Assembly (NCBI GenBank): GCA_020696385.1
Contig: JAEHCQ010000008.1
Span: forward strand, 1 to 64,000
Source of the DNA: Methanobacteriota archaeon
Lineage (GTDB): Archaea > Thermoplasmatota > Thermoplasmata > SG8-5 > JAGLSY01
Length of the DNA stretch: 64,000 nt
Reading direction: 5' to 3'
Position numbers and translations under genes: made by a program. A model generated the notes under the pieces. The model ran no database searches. It saw only the letters and a list, made by a program, of their open reading frames with translations, and was not told where the DNA came from. Positions 27,999-37,339 of this stretch are shown piece after piece (the first letter of the stretch is position 1; each line of letters starts with the position of its first letter).

Positions 27999-29702
27999 CT
28001 AAATAAACCCGATCCAGTTCAGTGCCAGTACGACAAAGGTACACACGAACACAGCAGGCACTGTGATGATTATACCGATCTTGGCCAGTTGTTTGGCCGT
28101 GATATGGCCAGATGAGTATATCAGAGTTATTGGCGGGGTTCCTATCGGCGTGATGAAAGATAGCGACAGCACAAGGGCGACAGGAAGCACCATTATCCTC
28201 ATGTCCTCCCCCATGGCATTCGCAAATGCCATGAGGATCGGGATGAATATGGCCGCACTGGCCGTATTGCTGAGGAAATTGGAGATCCCGACCACGACAA
28301 AGGCGATAAGCAGTATGATGACCAGAACTGGCATGCCGAAAAATACGTCAAACAGGCCGGATGTGATCCAATCCGCGGCTCCTGTTTTAACTATCGCGTC
28401 TCCAAGTGCCAGACCTGCTCCGATGATAAGGAACACTCCCCAAGGCACTATCCTCGCATCCTCCCATTTCATTGTTCCAGTGACAAATAATGCAACCGTG
28501 GCCAATAAGCTCACGATAGCCGAGCTCATGAAGCTGGATGGGAACCCGAACAATTCGCCAATGCTGGCCCCTGACACCCAGAAGACGATGGTGAAAGCGA
28601 AGACGGTGAGTGTTTTCTTCTCCCCGCCAGACATCGGGCCCAGTGATTCATATCCCTCTTTCAAAGAATCGATATTCACTGTAACCTCTGGAATTGGGAT
28701 CACCTTGAGAATTATCTTCCAGGTCATGAATAGCAGAATGAAGGATGTCGGAATTCCGATTATCATCCAGTCGATGAAGGTCCACGATCCCTGCTCGGCG
28801 AAGATGGCGGAAGCCACCGCATTGGGAGCGGAGCCGATGACCGTGCCCAGTCCCCCGATAACAGCTGCGAAGCCGATTCCCAGAAGAAGCAAAGTGGTCA
28901 GGCGCTTGGAGCTTTCCTTGTCCTCGACAGTGGCGGAAAGACTTATCGCGAAGGGAGCCAGCAAAGCGACAGTGGCGGTATTCGATATCCACATCGACAG
29001 TATGGCGGATACCAGCATCATCGATAGTAATAATTTATCGATCTTGCCCTCGGACTTTATCAGGAAGGGATACAGCATCCTCTTGTCAAAGCCTGTTTTG
29101 TGCACGGCTCCCGCGAGCATCACGCCACCCAGTAAAAGATAAACAACTGGATTGGCAAATGGTAAAAGAGCCTCGCTGGTCTCGAATATTCCGAAGGCAG
29201 TTAGAAGAACTGGCACCAGCAGGGCAGTGACCGGAAGCGGTATGGCTTCGGTGGTCCAGAGTAGGGCGACCCCGACGAATATGGCGAGGGACATGTGGGC
29301 TTTGTAACTGATGCCCAGGGGAAGAAGTGCGAATATGGTGAATCCGGCCAGAGCCAGAAGCAATTTCCAGGAATTCCTTGCCGGCGCGGACATCTTGTTC
29401 AGGAACTTGAATACCGAAAAGGGTTTGACACTGTAGATCAGATGAAAATGATGGCCGCCTTTGGATTTATCCAACAAATGAAAATGGCCATCCTTTTCCC
29501 GGTGGGGTAGGTGGATAAGGTGGTCCTTGTGCTTTTTCGTATCAGAATTGGAAAATGATTCATCAAGAATCGGTTTCTTGGAATCTGGGTCATCGAGATT
29601 CAACTTCTCGGAAGGCGATACATCGATCGGCTTCTCGGAAGGCGATACATCGATCGGCTTCTCGGAAGGCGAACTGGCCTCATTCCCATCTTTCCCATCC
29701 AT
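27999..29702 (-). CDS. DASS/SLC13 sodium:anion (dicarboxylate/sulfate) symporter with His-rich N-terminal extension
   Basis: LWTTEAIPLPVT, SMWISNTAT, GSAPN, SNTASAA and PIGTPP motifs. Confidence 0.9.
   Translation of the reverse strand: MDGKDGNEASSPSEKPIDVSPSEKPIDVSPSEKLNLDDPDSKKPILDESFSNSDTKKHKDHLIHLPHREKDGHFHLLDKSKGGHHFHLIYSVKPFSVFKFLNKMSAPARNSWKLLLALAGFTIFALLPLGISYKAHMSLAIFVGVALLWTTEAIPLPVTALLVPVLLTAFGIFETSEALLPFANPVVYLLLGGVMLAGAVHKTGFDKRMLYPFLIKSEGKIDKLLLSMMLVSAILSMWISNTATVALLAPFAISLSATVEDKESSKRLTTLLLLGIGFAAVIGGLGTVIGSAPNAVASAIFAEQGSWTFIDWMIIGIPTSFILLFMTWKIILKVIPIPEVTVNIDSLKEGYESLGPMSGGEKKTLTVFAFTIVFWVSGASIGELFGFPSSFMSSAIVSLLATVALFVTGTMKWEDARIVPWGVFLIIGAGLALGDAIVKTGAADWITSGLFDVFFGMPVLVIILLIAFVVVGISNFLSNTASAAIFIPILMAFANAMGEDMRIMVLPVALVLSLSFITPIGTPPITLIYSSGHITAKQLAKIGIIITVPAVFVCTFVVLALNWIGFI
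29604..29672. repeat. 27-bp in-frame tandem repeat (SPSEKPIDV, about 2.5 copies)
   Basis: CTTCTCGGAAGGCGATACATCGATCGG twice plus a partial third copy. Confidence 0.9.
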
Positions 29703-29751
29703 GCTGACCTGTATTGTCAAGCAACTAAATAAAATATGACTTCAATTCAAC

Positions 29752-29767
29752 TTCAATATTTATTGAA
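29752..29767. promoter_or_regulatory. Palindromic operator-like box TTCAA-N6-TTGAA
   Basis: TTCAAtatttaTTGAA between divergent DASS and MFS genes; same box upstream of the ArsR-like gene. Confidence 0.55.
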
Positions 29768-29838
29768 CTATTGATACAATATATAAGTCAATAAGTTATT
29801 ACCCATGTATAGTAATATTTGAAAATAGGAGAAGTTAC

Positions 29839-31242
29839 GTGACAGAGAAAGTGGATGAGGCAAAGAACAATGCAAAGGGCATGAGGACCTTCACCATGGT
29901 GTGGCTTGGCCAAATGGCCTCCATGCTGGGCTCGTCGATGACCATGTTCGGTCTTATGATCTGGGCATGGGAAAAAACAGGGGTGGCGACAGCCCTGGCC
30001 CTCATCGGATTCTTTGGATTCGCGCCCGCTATTCTCATGACTCCCATAGCGGGTCATTTCGTAGATCGCTGGAATAGGAAATTGACAATGATCTTCAGCG
30101 ACCTGGCCGGAGGCATTGGGACCATCATGATACTGATCCTTTACAATGCGGAGATCCTGGAGATCTGGCACCTGTATGTTATCGCGGCCTTCATTGGAAT
30201 TTTCACTTCCTTCCAGTTCCCAGCCTATTCAGCCGCTGTGACCATGATGATAAACAAGAAGAATTACGGACGAGCGACTGCCATGACAGGTATAGGGCAT
30301 TCGATCGCAAGTATATTCGGACCCATATCCGCAGCTTTCTTCATCGTGTTCATCGGGATCAAAGGCATAATGATGATCGATATTGCCACTTTCTGCCTGG
30401 CAATCGGCATACTTCTATTTGTCAAGATCCCGCAGCCGAAGATAGCGGAAGACATCGGCCAGGGTATCAAAGGCATCTTCAAAGACGCGGTTTACGGTTT
30501 CAAGTACATATTCAGTAAGAAGCCATTATTCGGACTTCAGATGACGTATTTCACGACCAATTTCTTTTCCAATATGAGTATGATCCTTCTGGCGCCCATG
30601 ATACTCGCGGTAACAGCCAGTAATGAGATCGAACTTGCCTCGGTCATGGCAAGTGCGGGAATCGGTGGACTGGCTGGTGGAATAACCATGACGATCTGGG
30701 GTGGTTCCAAGGAGAAGAAGATACTGGTGATAATGAGCGTGATCGCCATCGAGGGCACATGCCAGATGTTCTTCGGTTTGGGATCCGAGGTCATCGTGTG
30801 GTCGATCGTGGGATTCATTCTTGGCTTCTCGGGACCCTTCGTAATGGGATCGAGCCAGGCCATCTGGCAATCCAAGGTCGAGCCCAATAAACAGGGTAGG
30901 GTCTTCGCCGCGCGCGGTTTCATCGCCATGGGTGCGGGCGCTGTGAGTATGGCGATGGCAGGACCACTGGCTGATCTTGTCTTTGAGCCATCCATGACGG
31001 GCGGAGGATTACTTGGAGAAACATTCGGCTGGCTACTTGGCACGGATGTGGGTTCTGGAATGAGATTGATGTTCCTGCTTTGCGGCATGGGATCAACCCT
31101 CACGGCCATCACCGCTTACAGCATAAAGAGGGTGAGGAATCTGGAGACGCTTGTTCCGGACTTCGACGAGCTTGAGCATGATGAAGAGGGAAAAGAAGGC
31201 GAGGATCCTGTGTGTGATGATGAACATGCGAGATCTGATTAA
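29839..31242 (+). CDS. MFS transporter (DHA3/MefA-like efflux)
   Basis: FTMVWLGQMAS.LGS, GHFVDRWNRK and QGRVF motifs; about 12 TM. Confidence 0.9.
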   Translation: MTEKVDEAKNNAKGMRTFTMVWLGQMASMLGSSMTMFGLMIWAWEKTGVATALALIGFFGFAPAILMTPIAGHFVDRWNRKLTMIFSDLAGGIGTIMILILYNAEILEIWHLYVIAAFIGIFTSFQFPAYSAAVTMMINKKNYGRATAMTGIGHSIASIFGPISAAFFIVFIGIKGIMMIDIATFCLAIGILLFVKIPQPKIAEDIGQGIKGIFKDAVYGFKYIFSKKPLFGLQMTYFTTNFFSNMSMILLAPMILAVTASNEIELASVMASAGIGGLAGGITMTIWGGSKEKKILVIMSVIAIEGTCQMFFGLGSEVIVWSIVGFILGFSGPFVMGSSQAIWQSKVEPNKQGRVFAARGFIAMGAGAVSMAMAGPLADLVFEPSMTGGGLLGETFGWLLGTDVGSGMRLMFLLCGMGSTLTAITAYSIKRVRNLETLVPDFDELEHDEEGKEGEDPVCDDEHARSD

Positions 31243-31243
31243 A

Positions 31244-31283
31244 TTGAACTTCAAAATATCCTGAAGTTCAAGTATTTTTGAAC
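31244..31283. promoter_or_regulatory. Tandem TTCAA-N6-(T/C)TGAA boxes upstream of ArsR-like gene
   Basis: TTCAAaatatcCTGAA (31250-31265) and TTCAAgtatttTTGAA (31267-31282); also a 10-bp inverted repeat at 31244-31271. Confidence 0.55.
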
Positions 31284-31322
31284 AAGTCCAGGCTGTTAAA
31301 TAGACTTAAGAACATATGAGTT

Positions 31323-31637
31323 ATGTCGAGGAACGATAACATGAGCAAAGAATTTGACTATGACTCCTGGCAGGCGAAAATGATCGCCCTTGAACTAGCC
31401 AATGAAGTAGGTAGGGCCATTCTCAAAAGTCTTGCTGATGACCCGAAGACCGCGAGCCAGCTATCAAGAGCTTTGGAAATTCCATTGCCAACGATACTGT
31501 TCCATATATCCCGGCTGGAAGAAGCCGGGGTCGTGGTGTCCAAAAAAGCACTGGGCAAACGTTTGCGGGAAGTAAAGGTGTATAGCGTGACCTCGACCCA
31601 GATAGTATTCAATATAGGGAGTGATGAAAATGGATAA
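31323..31637 (+). CDS. ArsR-family HTH transcriptional regulator
   Basis: LANEVGRAIL..L...PKTASQLSRALEIPLPTILFHISRLEEAGVV. Confidence 0.85.
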   Translation: MSRNDNMSKEFDYDSWQAKMIALELANEVGRAILKSLADDPKTASQLSRALEIPLPTILFHISRLEEAGVVVSKKALGKRLREVKVYSVTSTQIVFNIGSDENG

Positions 31638-32553
31638 AAAGGAGATTAAGAGACTGGAAAAGGAGCGCGAGAAGCTCGAGGAAGCAAGAGAAAAGCTCGA
31701 AGAAGAACGAGAAAGGCTCGAAGGAGAAAGGGAGCGCATGGAAGCAGAGCATGAAAGAATGGAAGAAGAACACCAGCGCGTACATGACCAGGAGCATTCT
31801 GAACATGAGGACCATGAAGGAAAAGGCCATCGTAAGAAGAGAGTGGTCACCAGCAGGGATGAGCTTACCCCTGAAGAGCAAAAGAAGTTGGATGAGGGCC
31901 TCAAGAAGATGGATGAAGGCCTGAAGAGGATGAACGAGGAACTGAAGAAGATAGATTTCGACTCGTTCAATATGGACAAGTTCCATGAAAAGATGGACCG
32001 CGCCCAGATCAAGATAGATCTGGCAATGGAAGGCATCGATGAAAAGATAGAGAACTCGATATCTGGCATTGAACCAGACCTCAAGAATATTGATATCCGA
32101 ATTGAAAAGGTGACGAAGAATGTCGGTGTCCTGAACCTCCAGAACATAACCCTGGAAGAACTGGAACAGATGGGCGAGATCAGGAACAGCGGTGTGATAA
32201 TCGCACCCGAAGAATTGATTGGAAAGATATCGGCCAAGATCACAAAGAATGTTGGTGCCATCGTTCCCTACAAGAAGGGATGGAGACTCTATTCCGGTCA
32301 CACGAAGATAGACAATTCCATGCTGGAAGCACTGGATGAACCTATAGAGTTCATACAGACTGGACACCTGGAATTCAATGACGATGTGGATGCCAAGCTA
32401 TTGAAGAAGATGATAAAGGGCTTCAATAATTACGGGCATATATCCGCATCCGATGAGATATACGGAACCGTGATGGCCAAGTGTCTGGAGAACAGTGGAC
32501 ACATCAGCAAGAAGAGTGATGACGACGACGACGACGATGATGATGACGATTGA
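31621..32553 (+). CDS. Hypothetical protein with charged coiled-coil/His-rich N-terminus and poly-Asp tail
   Basis: Long ORF overlapping the ArsR stop; repeated N.G.I motifs in the C-terminal half. Confidence 0.7.
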   Translation: MMKMDKKEIKRLEKEREKLEEAREKLEEERERLEGERERMEAEHERMEEEHQRVHDQEHSEHEDHEGKGHRKKRVVTSRDELTPEEQKKLDEGLKKMDEGLKRMNEELKKIDFDSFNMDKFHEKMDRAQIKIDLAMEGIDEKIENSISGIEPDLKNIDIRIEKVTKNVGVLNLQNITLEELEQMGEIRNSGVIIAPEELIGKISAKITKNVGAIVPYKKGWRLYSGHTKIDNSMLEALDEPIEFIQTGHLEFNDDVDAKLLKKMIKGFNNYGHISASDEIYGTVMAKCLENSGHISKKSDDDDDDDDDDD

Positions 32554-32568
32554 TCGTCGAAGTGAATG

Positions 32569-32594
32569 ACAGAGGCCGTGCCCAAGGCCTCTGT
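32569..32594. terminator. Hairpin downstream of ArsR operon
   Basis: ACAGAGGCC-N8-GGCCTCTGT. Confidence 0.45.
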
Positions 32595-32786
32595 TCCCAT
32601 AGATAAAAGGGAGCCTTTACCTCCGGCTCCCCCACCCTTTTCTTTAAGATCTATCCAGATACCAAAGAATATGCTCAATATAGCAAGCAACGAGAGGTCG
32701 ATGCAAAAAGACCCCTCATCTTTTACTACTACAATTTACGGAAAAGCATTTAACATGAGAACATCATTCCATTGGATAGGGTTATC

Positions 32787-34070
32787 ATGAATTGGCTTGG
32801 AATTCTACTGGTATTCTGTTCATTCATAGCACTGGCTCACTTTGTTTTCATCGTCAAGTACGCGGTCAGGACAGAGCTGGTGATATCCACAGCCTTTTTC
32901 ATCCTACTGATGGCCATCGGGCTTTTCTCATGGGCGATGATGACCACGCTAAGAGGAAGTGGTGGATATGACCCATGGCTCAATATCGCATATCTCTGTT
33001 CATTACTGGCCTTTCCAATTTTGATATACATTTTCATTCAAAGGGCGGACAGCCAGTCCTTCATCGTCACCCAGGTCAAAGGCAGAATTCTGCTTTTCTT
33101 CCCCGTGATGGTCCAGCTCATCGCCCATTATGTACTTCCCACTGGCCCCTCGAAGTTCATGGACACTGCCTTCATGATCGGGTGGCTGGGAATAACCCTG
33201 ATGATCTGGTATAGATTATACAAGAAAACTCATGAATTCTCATCACACATATTGAAGAATCAGATGGAGTTCATGCTCTCCTCCTTCTTCGTCGTGCTTA
33301 TTTACGATCTAATAATCATTTTTCTGATATTGTCACCATACAGCATCGTCCAGTATGGTTTCATCTACGCGATAGGGCTCACGGTCGCATTGCTGAATAC
33401 CGTGCGTGGGATTGTGAAATATCAGCTGGACACCGGGATCGAGCTCTTCTACAGGCATGGTCTTATCCTGATGGTACGCTCGATAATCACACTCACTATT
33501 TTCATCATAATGGAGGTCGTGATACTTTCCTTCGTTCAGGACATGGGAGATTATTCCCACATACTGGTCAGTGCGGGTATCATGATAGTTATAGTATTAT
33601 CCATCAATATGATAAACGACTTCTCAACGACCATTGTGGAGAGCATATCTCCGGATCTCAAGTGGAGAGAATCACAGATAAAGGAGATATTCGTGATAAT
33701 GGACAGTGGATTGGTATTGGGCCATGCCAGCCATTATTCCAACGAGGAAGTGATAGACAAGGACCTTGTCGGCGGCATGCTATCTGCTATCCAGAACTTC
33801 CTGACAGAGGCCTTCGATGCTTCAGAGAAGGAAACACTGAAGTCCCTGAGAATGGGGGATATGAGCATGCTCCTGGAACATCACAAGAGTATCTCCATCG
33901 TGGTATTGTTCAATGGATTTGAGGCCAGGGAATTGAGGGTGGATATCAAAGGACTTTCAAAGAAGATCCACGAAGAGTTCGATGATATCATCAAGGAATG
34001 GAATGGCACCATGTCGGAAGTTGCTGGCATACAATCGATCATTGATGAGTTCATGGACAGTAATGAATGA
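32787..34070 (+). CDS. Multi-TM (about 9) receptor-like protein with C-terminal longin-like domain
   Basis: 7 TM ending GIVKYQL (HisKA_7TM-like) plus 2 TM, then IFVI..SGLVL...DKDLVGGMLSAIQNF...LRMGD..MLLEH...WNG domain; no kinase H-box. Confidence 0.72.
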   Translation: MNWLGILLVFCSFIALAHFVFIVKYAVRTELVISTAFFILLMAIGLFSWAMMTTLRGSGGYDPWLNIAYLCSLLAFPILIYIFIQRADSQSFIVTQVKGRILLFFPVMVQLIAHYVLPTGPSKFMDTAFMIGWLGITLMIWYRLYKKTHEFSSHILKNQMEFMLSSFFVVLIYDLIIIFLILSPYSIVQYGFIYAIGLTVALLNTVRGIVKYQLDTGIELFYRHGLILMVRSIITLTIFIIMEVVILSFVQDMGDYSHILVSAGIMIVIVLSINMINDFSTTIVESISPDLKWRESQIKEIFVIMDSGLVLGHASHYSNEEVIDKDLVGGMLSAIQNFLTEAFDASEKETLKSLRMGDMSMLLEHHKSISIVVLFNGFEARELRVDIKGLSKKIHEEFDDIIKEWNGTMSEVAGIQSIIDEFMDSNE

Positions 34071-34178
34071 TGAAAATACTGTAACTTGGATTTACAGCAT
34101 TAACACAATTAAGATAATGGCCCGGATGCATGTATACAATTTTTATATCAATAATCCAATCAGGGTGATGGGAGAACA

Positions 34179-35084
34179 ATGGGCAATAGGGAAATAATAA
34201 TCAAGAAGATAGTTTTGCTTGGAGATTCGTCAGTAGGTAAGACCAGTCTTATCAGACGTTTTGTTCAAGAGCAATTCAGTGATAATTATATCAGTACTAT
34301 TGGAGCCAAGGTCTCGAAGAAGGTCGTGCCCGCCTCTTTTGAAGGCGAGGATTTCGATGTCAAGATCATGGTCTGGGATATCATAGGTAGCAAGGGATAT
34401 CTCTCCACCCAATCCAAGCACATTGCCGGAGCAGATGGCGCCATCCTCGTGGTGGACCTTACAAAACCAGAGTCCATGAACAGCCTTGAAAAGTACTGGA
34501 TACCTCTTTTAAAGGAGGTCACGGGCGGAATATTGCCATCCCTTCTTTTTGCAGGTAACAAGAAGGACCTGGTAGAAAGCCAGGAAGAGATCGATATGAT
34601 GACGCAGATGTTCAAGGAATTGGAGTCCAAGTACTGCGATGATATCGAAAAACGTGTTGAAGGAGGACATGCTGGCTCATTATTGACAAGTGCCAAGACA
34701 GGTGAGAATGTCGAGGACGGCTTCTACAACCTGGTCATAAGCATGCTGGCTGCCAATCCCGAGATGGATCCAATGCACAGGCAGATCGGTGTTTCCAAGG
34801 CAAAGAGCATCTACGAGACCGATGAGAGGAAGACCACGAGATCCGTGATGGACCTTATAGTCGTTGATTTGCCACACCTTGTCAAGGCCACCAATAAATC
34901 CACGGAGATCCTGCAGGATTGCATCGCTAAGCTGGGCTTTTCAAAGGACCTTCCAAAACCAAAAGACGTGCGTAACTTCATTGATTGTGTATTATTCTCA
35001 GCTTCCAAGGCAGGAGCCGATAAGGAAGAGATCGAGAAATACAGAAAGAAGTGGATGAAGCCCCTGGGCAAGATGGGATTATAA
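34179..35084 (+). CDS. Ras/Rab-like small GTPase with C-terminal helical extension (copy 1)
   Basis: G1 GDSSVGKTS, G2 STIG, G3 WDIIG, G4 NKKD and G5 TSAK. Confidence 0.92.
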   Translation: MGNREIIIKKIVLLGDSSVGKTSLIRRFVQEQFSDNYISTIGAKVSKKVVPASFEGEDFDVKIMVWDIIGSKGYLSTQSKHIAGADGAILVVDLTKPESMNSLEKYWIPLLKEVTGGILPSLLFAGNKKDLVESQEEIDMMTQMFKELESKYCDDIEKRVEGGHAGSLLTSAKTGENVEDGFYNLVISMLAANPEMDPMHRQIGVSKAKSIYETDERKTTRSVMDLIVVDLPHLVKATNKSTEILQDCIAKLGFSKDLPKPKDVRNFIDCVLFSASKAGADKEEIEKYRKKWMKPLGKMGL

Positions 35085-35100
35085 ATTTAGAGGTTAAATT

Positions 35101-36003
35101 ATGCCAGTTGATGAAACTATTTTGAAAAAGGTCGTCCTATTGGGCGAGTCCGCCGTGGGCAAGACCAGCCTGATAAGGCGATTCGTGGATGACCAGTTCG
35201 ATGATGATTATATCAGTACCATCGGGGCCAAGGTCTCGAAGAAGGTAGTGCCAGTGAGTTTGCAGGGTAATAATTATGAGGTCAAGCTCATGGTCTGGGA
35301 CATCATCGGTAGCCAGGGATATGAATCGACACAATCCCGACATATAGCCGGGCTCAATGGCGCGATACTTGTCGTGGACCTCACAAGACCCGAGACGGTC
35401 AAGATACTGGAAGAATACTGGATACCATTGCTTACCGAAGTGTCCGGCGGAGTTCTTCCCACCGTGCTGTTCGTTGGTAATAAGAACGATCTGGTATCTG
35501 ACAAAGAAGATATCGAGGACATGGTCCAGAACCTCAAAGGACTGGAATCCAAATACTGCAAGAACCTCGACCTGAGAAAGGAGAGCGGATGCGGAGGCTG
35601 GCTACTCACAAGTGCCAAGACAGGGGCGAATGTGGAAAAGGGCTTCGAGAGCCTTATCAGGGGGATGGTGGTGGAACACCCGTCATTCGATCCTCTGAAC
35701 AGGCAGATGGAAGAGGTCGTCGCAGAGGGAATATATGCGATATCGGACCGCGAGACCACGCGCTCCGTTATGGATCTCATTGTCATCGACATGCCATTTA
35801 TCATGCTTTCAACCGATAAGTCCACCCAGATACTTCAGGAAGCGATCCTGGAGCTCGGTTTCTCCAAGGACAGGCCAACACCCCAGAATGTACGTGATTT
35901 CACAGATCTGGTTCTGAAGAAGGCAGCGGATGCGGGAGCCAAGCCAGACACAATAGAAGAGTACAGAAAGAAGTGGCTGGTGGAGATTGCGAAGTTCGGA
36001 TAG
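35101..36003 (+). CDS. Ras/Rab-like small GTPase with C-terminal helical extension (copy 2)
   Basis: G1 GESAVGKTS, G2 STIG, G3 WDIIG, G4 NKND and G5 TSAK; colinear paralog of copy 1. Confidence 0.92.
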   Translation: MPVDETILKKVVLLGESAVGKTSLIRRFVDDQFDDDYISTIGAKVSKKVVPVSLQGNNYEVKLMVWDIIGSQGYESTQSRHIAGLNGAILVVDLTRPETVKILEEYWIPLLTEVSGGVLPTVLFVGNKNDLVSDKEDIEDMVQNLKGLESKYCKNLDLRKESGCGGWLLTSAKTGANVEKGFESLIRGMVVEHPSFDPLNRQMEEVVAEGIYAISDRETTRSVMDLIVIDMPFIMLSTDKSTQILQEAILELGFSKDRPTPQNVRDFTDLVLKKAADAGAKPDTIEEYRKKWLVEIAKFG

Positions 36004-36061
36004 TTAAAGAGTTGAGAGTTCGTAGAGTTTATGTTTAACTGGGTGTAGCGGTGTTAATTAC

Positions 36062-36124
36062 AAACTCCATAAACTCCATAAACTCCATAAACTCCACAAA
36101 CTCCACGAACTCTATAAACTCAAT
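36062..36124. repeat. 7 x 9-bp degenerate tandem repeat (AAACTCCAT)
   Basis: aaactccat x3, aaactccac x2, gaactctat, aaactcaat. Confidence 0.9.
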
Positions 36125-36125
36125 A

Positions 36126-37172
36126 TCAGCAAATCCTCGGCACAGGGTCACCTATCGGTGGCTCCACAACTCGGCGGCCACCGACAATCGTGGTCATCAG
36201 AACACCTTTAATCTCGCTACTGGCCTGTCCGATTATACTGGCGTCCTTTCCTTCAGGTGTCGCTCGGAGTGCGGTCAATACCTCATCTGCTTTCTCAGGA
36301 GCCACGGCCATGACCGCTTTTCCCTCATTACCGATCTCAAGAGGATCGATACCCAGAAGACCGCAGGCAGTCCTCACGCCTGCGTTTATTGGAATTAGAG
36401 ACTCGTCGATCTCGATGCCCACACCGGATTTATCAGCAAACTCGTTCAGAGTATTGGCCAATCCGCCTCTTGTTGGGTCCTTCATTGCCACGATACCGCC
36501 AATAGCCAGTGCCTTCTCGATCATGTGATTTAGGGAGCAGACATCGCTCACGATATCCGATTCAAAACCATAGCCATCACGGCATGATAGAACCGCAATG
36601 CCGTGGTCGCCCACTGTGCCGGATACAATTATTTTATCCCCGGGTTTGACATTGGAATCCTTCAGCCAGCGTATGTGAGTGTGACGGATATTCTTCAATA
36701 TTTTAATATTAGTATCCAGCCAGTGCGATCGAACGCCTATTCCGGAAGTTGTGACTATCAGCTTGTCGGCCGCCCCTCGCTCCACGACCTTGGTATCTCC
36801 GGCCATGATAGGAACTCCAGCCAGCTCGCTGGCCTTGGCGATGCTGTCCATCACCTTCTCAAGAACCTCGGATTCCAGGCCTTCTTCAATCACCAGGCTG
36901 AGAGCCAGTGCTACCGGGCGCGCGCCCATGACGGCGATATCATTCACGGTTCCCGCAACAGACAGGGAACCGATATCCCCGCCTGGAAAAAATAGAGGTT
37001 TGACGGTGTGGCCGTCGATGGTGAATACGATATCATCTATAATTCCGGAATCATCCAGTGCGGAAAGTGGAACATCGCCCACATCGCCTTTCAATTTGGG
37101 AAGTATGTAAGTCTCTAACATCTCCCGCATCTTGTCTCCGCCAGCTCCGTGTGACATCAGTAATTTTGACAT
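36126..37172 (-). CDS. hypE: Hydrogenase maturation carbamoyl dehydratase HypE
   Basis: HGAGG, FFPGGDIG.L.V.GTVND, GDTKVV, DPTRGGL and C-terminal PRIC; ATG 37172 preferred. Confidence 0.95.
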   Translation of the reverse strand: MSKLLMSHGAGGDKMREMLETYILPKLKGDVGDVPLSALDDSGIIDDIVFTIDGHTVKPLFFPGGDIGSLSVAGTVNDIAVMGARPVALALSLVIEEGLESEVLEKVMDSIAKASELAGVPIMAGDTKVVERGAADKLIVTTSGIGVRSHWLDTNIKILKNIRHTHIRWLKDSNVKPGDKIIVSGTVGDHGIAVLSCRDGYGFESDIVSDVCSLNHMIEKALAIGGIVAMKDPTRGGLANTLNEFADKSGVGIEIDESLIPINAGVRTACGLLGIDPLEIGNEGKAVMAVAPEKADEVLTALRATPEGKDASIIGQASSEIKGVLMTTIVGGRRVVEPPIGDPVPRIC

Positions 37173-37339
37173 AGTGGATCTCTCCATTTCATATTGAGAT
37201 ATTGAATGTTCGAATTTAATTCGCACATTCAATCACCTGATAGGTGGATTGGGATGGTGGATATTAAATTTGTGCGGTTAACCGCTCATCAAGGCGAACA
37301 TTTAAAACTACTATCACGATTCCCAACCCGGTGAGATAA

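Noticed and set aside
28063-29142. 359-aa plus-strand ORF (and similar long antisense ORFs such as 6844-7677 and 31464-32261)
   Set aside because: They are antisense to well-supported genes and carry no motifs.
32787-34070. Sensor histidine kinase
   Set aside because: No H-box or HATPase N/G1/F/G2 motifs after the TM region.
36126-37172. Hydrogenase gene cluster
   Set aside because: hypE is alone here; scattered hyp genes are common in archaea, so this is only indirect evidence of a NiFe hydrogenase elsewhere.
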